A stretch of 61,383 bases of DNA from Vulcanimicrobiota bacterium (lineage in GTDB: Bacteria > Vulcanimicrobiota > Vulcanimicrobiia > Vulcanimicrobiales > Vulcanimicrobiaceae), in contig JASHOM010000097.1 in the NCBI GenBank assembly GCA_030041115.1, positions 1 through 61,383 of the forward strand, written 5' to 3'. Position numbers and translations under genes: made by a program. The notes below the pieces were generated by a model. That model saw nothing but the letters and a program-made list of their open reading frames with translations, was not told the DNA's origin and did no database searches. This document shows, piece by piece, positions 56,867-61,383 of the stretch; position 1 is the stretch's first letter, and each line of letters begins with the position of its first letter.

Positions 56867-58420
56867 TTATCGTACTGCGCGCAGGTCGTGAAGAATTGCG
56901 GCGGCGGCGCGTTTGCCGGGAAAACCGCTGACGCAGCCGCCCGGATGGGCGCCCGAGCCGCAGAGATAGAGGTCGCGCACGGGCGTGCGCGTTGCGAAGC
57001 GATCCTCGTAGATCTGCCCCGGTACGAGCTCGCCATGAAAGATATGGCCGCCGATCAAGCCGAAGCGCGTCTCGAGATCCGGCGGCGCAAGCACCTGCCG
57101 GTGCTCGATCGCTCGCGGCAGGTTTGGGGCGTGGCGCGCAAGGATCGCCACGATCTTGTCGGCGGCGGCCTCGCGCTTGGTCTCGGTCCAGCCGCCGGCG
57201 CGATCGTACGGGAAATACTGCGCGAAGACCGCGAGAATATGTTTGCCCGGCGGCGCCAACGACGGATCGGTCGGCGTTTGCATGAAACACTCGATGAGCG
57301 GTTCGTCACTTTCGCCGCGCTCGCGCGCGTCCTCGAAGGCCCGCTGGAGATAGTCGATCGACGGCGCCACGTGAATCGTCGCGCCGTGGTGGGGTTGCGC
57401 GTTGCGACCCGGCCGGCTCGAGAAATCCGGAAGCTCGCCGAGCGCCAGATTCAACTTGAGCGACGGACCGGTGCTCTTCCACTCGCGCACCTTGGCCAGG
57501 AAGGCGGGGTCCAGCGCGGACGAGTCGAGTAAATCGAGGAACATCGTCCGCGGATGTGCGTTCGACGCGACGACGTGCGCGCTCACGCGATGGCCGCCGC
57601 TCTCCACGCCTCGCGCGCGCCCGCCGGCGGCGAGGATCTTCGTCACCGGTGCGGTCGAGAAAATCTCGGCGCCGTAACGGATTGCCGCCGCGGCGAGCGC
57701 CTTCGAGACCGAGCCCATCCCGCCGCGCACGAACGCCCAGGCCCCTTGCGCGTTGAGAAGGCGGCCGGCAAGGTGATGCGCGAGCACGTACCCGGTGCCC
57801 GGATCGTACGGGCCGAGATACGTGCCGATGAGACCATCGTTCACCAGCTCCGCCTGCAACACGGGCGTCGCGACGAACCGCTCCACCAACTCGGCGGCCG
57901 AGCCGCGCAGCAAGCGCTGCGTCTCGGCGTCGAAGCGCTCGAAGCGCGGCTGTTCGTCCGAAAAGGAATCGAAGAGCGCGCGCCCCAGTCGCTCCGTCCG
58001 CTCGACATAGGCTTCGAAGCCTGCCGCGTCGCGACGGTCGAAAGCCGCAATCTCGCGCGCGTTGCTCGAGCGGTCGCTTCCGAGCAACAGCGATCGCCCG
58101 TCGAGCAGAGGCGTAAACGCGTACGGGTCCTTGCGATAGTACGCAAGCCCATGCTCGCGCAGCTCGAGCTGCTCGACGAGCCACGGGTCGAGCAAGCTGC
58201 ACACGTACGACGCCGTCGATAGGGTGTAGCCGGGCCAAAGGTCGGGCTCGCTGACCGCGGCGCCGCCGAGGCGCCGGCACCGTTCGAAAACGGCCACCGA
58301 ACGGCCCGCTTTCGCCAGTAGCGCCGCGCACGCCAGGCCATTGTGACCGGCGCCGACGACGACGGCGTCGTAGAACGATTGAGGGCGTGCCGGAGCCCTG
58401 AGCGAGGTCGAGGCGGTCAG
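56867..58420 (-). CDS. Phytoene dehydrogenase-like (PYROXD2-type) FAD oxidoreductase (start uncertain)
   Basis: YDAVVVGAGHNGL, GGMGSVS, DPSLAPPGKH, GHIFHG and LYLCGSGAHPGG motifs. Confidence 0.9.
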   Translation of the reverse strand: MTASTSLRAPARPQSFYDAVVVGAGHNGLACAALLAKAGRSVAVFERCRRLGGAAVSEPDLWPGYTLSTASYVCSLLDPWLVEQLELREHGLAYYRKDPYAFTPLLDGRSLLLGSDRSSNAREIAAFDRRDAAGFEAYVERTERLGRALFDSFSDEQPRFERFDAETQRLLRGSAAELVERFVATPVLQAELVNDGLIGTYLGPYDPGTGYVLAHHLAGRLLNAQGAWAFVRGGMGSVSKALAAAAIRYGAEIFSTAPVTKILAAGGRARGVESGGHRVSAHVVASNAHPRTMFLDLLDSSALDPAFLAKVREWKSTGPSLKLNLALGELPDFSSRPGRNAQPHHGATIHVAPSIDYLQRAFEDARERGESDEPLIECFMQTPTDPSLAPPGKHILAVFAQYFPYDRAGGWTETKREAAADKIVAILARHAPNLPRAIEHRQVLAPPDLETRFGLIGGHIFHGELVPGQIYEDRFATRTPVRDLYLCGSGAHPGGCVSGFPGKRAAAAILHDLRAVR

Positions 58421-58725
58421 CGATACGATGGACGCGAGGCGAAGCAATCCCGGCAATAGACCGGCTTGTCGCCGCGCGGATTGAACGGAACCTCCGCTAC
58501 GCTGCCGCAGTTGCTGCAGGTGGCCGTGAACATCTCACGCGGCCGTCCGGTGCGGTCGCCGCCCGCTCCGCCGCTCGAGCGCATTTGCTTGCGCGCCTGG
58601 CGGCAATCCGGACACCGGTTTGGCTTGTTCTGGAAGCCCTTTTGCTCGTAAAAACGTTGCTCGCCCGAACTGAAGACAAACTGGCGTCCGCAGTCCACAC
58701 AGTTGAGCATTTCATCTACGTACAT
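58417..58725 (-). CDS. Zinc-ribbon / CxxC-x17-CxxC domain protein
   Basis: CVDCG..EQRFY..KGF..RCPDCR and CSNCG..VPFNP..PVYCRDCF; AAGGAG RBS. Confidence 0.92.
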   Translation of the reverse strand: MYVDEMLNCVDCGRQFVFSSGEQRFYEQKGFQNKPNRCPDCRQARKQMRSSGGAGGDRTGRPREMFTATCSNCGSVAEVPFNPRGDKPVYCRDCFASRPSYR

Positions 58726-58909
58726 GAAATGAGAAACTCCTTAGACTCTGCCGACGGTGTGGACTTCAAAACCGGGGGACCGGGGGACCGAGAATCCGAC
58801 CGCGTGACGAGAGCAGCATTGTGTGCACGGCTTCTGCGACCCCGACGCCGCCGGTCCCTGCCGGACGAAGGGGCCGGCCCGAGCGGGGCCGTACCCGCTG
58901 CGCAGCACC

Positions 58910-59425
58910 GTGGCCGAAACGATACCGGAGGTCGTCGAGCCCGCCTCGCTGGCCGACTATTTCGAAGTCATCACGCGGGCCGTCTTCCAAGCCGGCGTGC
59001 GCTGGAGTCAGATTGCCGCAAACTGGGATGCCTATCGCGCAGCCTTCGCGGACTTCGACCCGGTGCGCGTCGCCGCGTACGACGGCGCGGACGTCGAACG
59101 CGTGCTGGCAACGCCCGGCATTTTGCGCATGCCGCGAAAGGTCCGGGCGACCATTGCCGACGCACGCGCGCTGCTCGAAGCCGACCGGGCGCATGGAAAT
59201 TTCGTGAACTATCTGCGATCGTTCGCTTCGTACGACGAGCTGGCGAAGGATTTCAAGCGCCGGTTTGCGCTCATGGGCGAGATGAACGTCTGGTACTTCC
59301 TCTTCCGGACCGGCGAGCCCGTACCGCGCTTTGAGTCCTGGGTGACAACCATTCGCGGCGAGCATCCGCGCATGCGCGAGATGGTCGAACGCGCCCGCGC
59401 CGCGGGACGCTCTCCCGAACGCTAA
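58910..59425 (+). CDS. DNA-3-methyladenine glycosylase I-like protein
   Basis: YFEVITRAVFQAGVRW..AFADFDP.RVA..GILR...KVRATIADAR motif. Confidence 0.82.
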   Translation: MAETIPEVVEPASLADYFEVITRAVFQAGVRWSQIAANWDAYRAAFADFDPVRVAAYDGADVERVLATPGILRMPRKVRATIADARALLEADRAHGNFVNYLRSFASYDELAKDFKRRFALMGEMNVWYFLFRTGEPVPRFESWVTTIRGEHPRMREMVERARAAGRSPER

Positions 59426-61383
59426 GGCAGGGCCGAGGGCCGCGGACGCGGCGCCGGTCGAATGAGATACAGACCCAGAGCGGGCGCGTAGTTCAGCTCC
59501 GGAATCGGCTTGCCGTCGAAGCCATGCTGCGCGAGCTCGCCCTGCGTCGTCGCCGCAATGCGCCCGCAGACCATCATCGCCGGTACGACGGTCGCATCGC
59601 CCGGCTCCAGCTCGTACCACGTTCCGCCTCCGGCAGCATGTGCGGTAATCGTCCAACTCGGCGCCGGCGCGCCGCTTGCGAAGTGATTCTTCAATTCGTT
59701 GAGCGACTGCGAGGCAAGATTGCGCACGTCGCCCGTGCACGAGGTCGAGGTGCGTACTTCGAAGGCGTCTTTCGGCGGTGTTGCCGGAAGCCTGTACACG
59801 CGGAACTGCTCCTGGCCGGCCTGCGGCTGTCGCGCGACGAGATAGAGTCCGACGGCCGGCATGAAGTCGAGCTGCGGCACGAAGAAGAGCGGACTCGCCG
59901 CAGCGTACAGCTTACGCTGCGCAACGTCGTCGCTTCGCGCAATGTGCAATGACATGCAACCCGCGAGTGCGCGCAGCGTACCGACGCCCTTCGGCGTGAC
60001 GGCAAGGGCGTAGGTCGTGCCGAGGCCGTGATAGATCACGGTGGTGTCGCTCAGAACGGGCGCGGCCATCGTTGCCGGATATCCCGCGACCGTCCGCGCT
60101 GCATCGATGCGCGCGGCATATGCCTTGAGCTCGGCCGAAAGCTGCCGCGCTTTGGCGGCGTCTTCGGCGCTGCACGTCGTCGGGTTGGCGACGACTGCAA
60201 ACGGATCCGCCGGCGGCGTCTCGGGCAACGGCGAGAACAGCGACTGGAAGCGTCCACCGCCCGGTCCGCCCGGACCATTGGGGCCGCCCGGGCCGCCCGG
60301 ACCGCCGGGACCTTCGGGCCCACCCGGACCGCCGAGGAACCCGCCGCCTTCGCGTCCGCCCGCACCGCGCGCATGAAACGCCGTCGCCGTCTGCGACGAC
60401 GTTGCGCCCTGACCGAATCGCGCCGAGTAGGTTAGCGAGAACGTCCGCGGCACCAACGGGCGCGCGATATTCCCGACGATATATCCACCCGCGGTCGTAA
60501 ACGGCACTGCGCCGGCCGGACTCGAAAAGATTCCGGCGTAGGTGTTCGTGATATTCTCCGCCGCCAGCGTCAGCGTTCCGCGCGTGAGCTGGGCGGTGAC
60601 CCCTGCATCGAACGACGTATACGGCGGCAGGTTGTTGGGATTATTCGAACCGACGTGCTGTGCGTCGGCAAGCCATTCCAACATCGAGTTCGGCGCCTTG
60701 TAATCGAGTACGATTCCGGCCTTCTGTAACGGGACGTTGGGCAACTGTTGGCCGGAAATCGTAATGGACCACGGATTATCGAAAATGTAACCGTTGCCCA
60801 ATGCCTGTGCACCGGTAAGATTGTAATAGGGCTGAACGACGAAGTCGCCGATCGTCACGTAGCCGGTGAGCTCCGCACCCTGATAGAGGCGCTGGACTCC
60901 GGAGATGGGCGTCGTCATGTAGAGCTGCTGCGGATAAAACGGCGTCCCGGTCGCGGCGTCGCACCCGGCCGGCGAGTTGTAGATCGCGGCAACTTCCTCG
61001 AAGTAGCCGGGAGGAATTTCACCCAAACCGTTGAGCACGGTTCCGTTCACGTCAACCGGCAACAGCACGCCGTTCTGAACCTGGCGGTAGAGCGTCAGCG
61101 AAAAGTTGCCGCCGTGAACCTGATGCGTGTAGCTGACGCGCAAGGAATTGGACGAGCTGTTCGTCGGCTCTTCGCCGGGCGCGCTCCCGAACGCGACTTT
61201 GCCCGCGCAATTGAAGCGCAACGATGCCGGATCGCTGAGAATCTGCAGCCGGCCCTGCGTCGCCGCCGCGCCTCCAAGGGCAAAGGATGCGGCATACGTG
61301 TCGCGCAGCGTCGGATGCCAGGCGGCGCCGACGCCCCCCAGCTCGGAGAGGCCCGTGTTTCCGGTTGCCGTGCTCAGACCGGC
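59422..61383 (-). CDS. TonB-dependent-receptor-like outer-membrane protein, 3' part (5' end outside the window)
   Basis: QLPNVP, NLPPYTSFDAG, AAENITN and PRTFSLTYSARF barrel-end motifs, followed by a long C-terminal extension. Confidence 0.75.
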   Translation of the reverse strand, partial: AGLSTATGNTGLSELGGVGAAWHPTLRDTYAASFALGGAAATQGRLQILSDPASLRFNCAGKVAFGSAPGEEPTNSSSNSLRVSYTHQVHGGNFSLTLYRQVQNGVLLPVDVNGTVLNGLGEIPPGYFEEVAAIYNSPAGCDAATGTPFYPQQLYMTTPISGVQRLYQGAELTGYVTIGDFVVQPYYNLTGAQALGNGYIFDNPWSITISGQQLPNVPLQKAGIVLDYKAPNSMLEWLADAQHVGSNNPNNLPPYTSFDAGVTAQLTRGTLTLAAENITNTYAGIFSSPAGAVPFTTAGGYIVGNIARPLVPRTFSLTYSARFGQGATSSQTATAFHARGAGGREGGGFLGGPGGPEGPGGPGGPGGPNGPGGPGGGRFQSLFSPLPETPPADPFAVVANPTTCSAEDAAKARQLSAELKAYAARIDAARTVAGYPATMAAPVLSDTTVIYHGLGTTYALAVTPKGVGTLRALAGCMSLHIARSDDVAQRKLYAAASPLFFVPQLDFMPAVGLYLVARQPQAGQEQFRVYRLPATPPKDAFEVRTSTSCTGDVRNLASQSLNELKNHFASGAPAPSWTITAHAAGGGTWYELEPGDATVVPAMMVCGRIAATTQGELAQHGFDGKPIPELNYAPALGLYLIRPAPRPRPSALP

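Noticed and set aside
58726..58820. Structured ncRNA upstream of the zinc-ribbon gene (includes the ACCGGGGG tandem)
   Set aside because: Only a short 8-nt duplication and weak pairing; no recognisable family, so support is insufficient.
60255..60335. Nucleotide tandem repeat
   Set aside because: It simply encodes the (GPG)n linker of the TonB-receptor-like protein.
1..61383. CRISPR array or cas genes
   Set aside because: No regularly spaced direct repeats and no cas-like ORFs were seen.

Overview
A high-GC (my estimate: mid-60s %) bacterial chromosomal window. The paralogous secreted beta-propeller lipoproteins, the phosphoesterase and the style of the housekeeping proteins suggest Candidatus Eremiobacterota/Vulcanimicrobiota (inference only). 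From left to right it holds: a frameshifted IS1380; a PHA storage locus (phaB-phaB-phaC-XRE regulator-phasin-like); pstSCAB divergent from thrS; a FliA/WhiG-type sigma factor; a K+-independent H+-pyrophosphatase; and the rpmG-tRNA-Trp-secE-nusG-rplK-rplA ... rplJ-rplL cluster, split by about 4 kb of unrelated genes. Next to an odd tRNA-Arg(CCT) lies a decayed island with integrase and IS110 remnants, a beta-helix protein and shuffled lipoprotein genes. A sulfatase/FGE/ion-transporter cluster and a partial TonB-receptor-like gene follow. The best candidate for a new system is not in the ORF track. A 25-codon leader peptide with four tandem Tyr codons (53512-53435, minus strand), plus a matching antiterminator and intrinsic terminator, sits directly upstream of an uncharacterised heme-oxygenase-like diiron (PqqC/CADD-fold) enzyme. 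This looks like a tyrosine-sensing transcription attenuator and points to an unknown Tyr-supply enzyme. Start codons were refined by eye, and no database searches were run.
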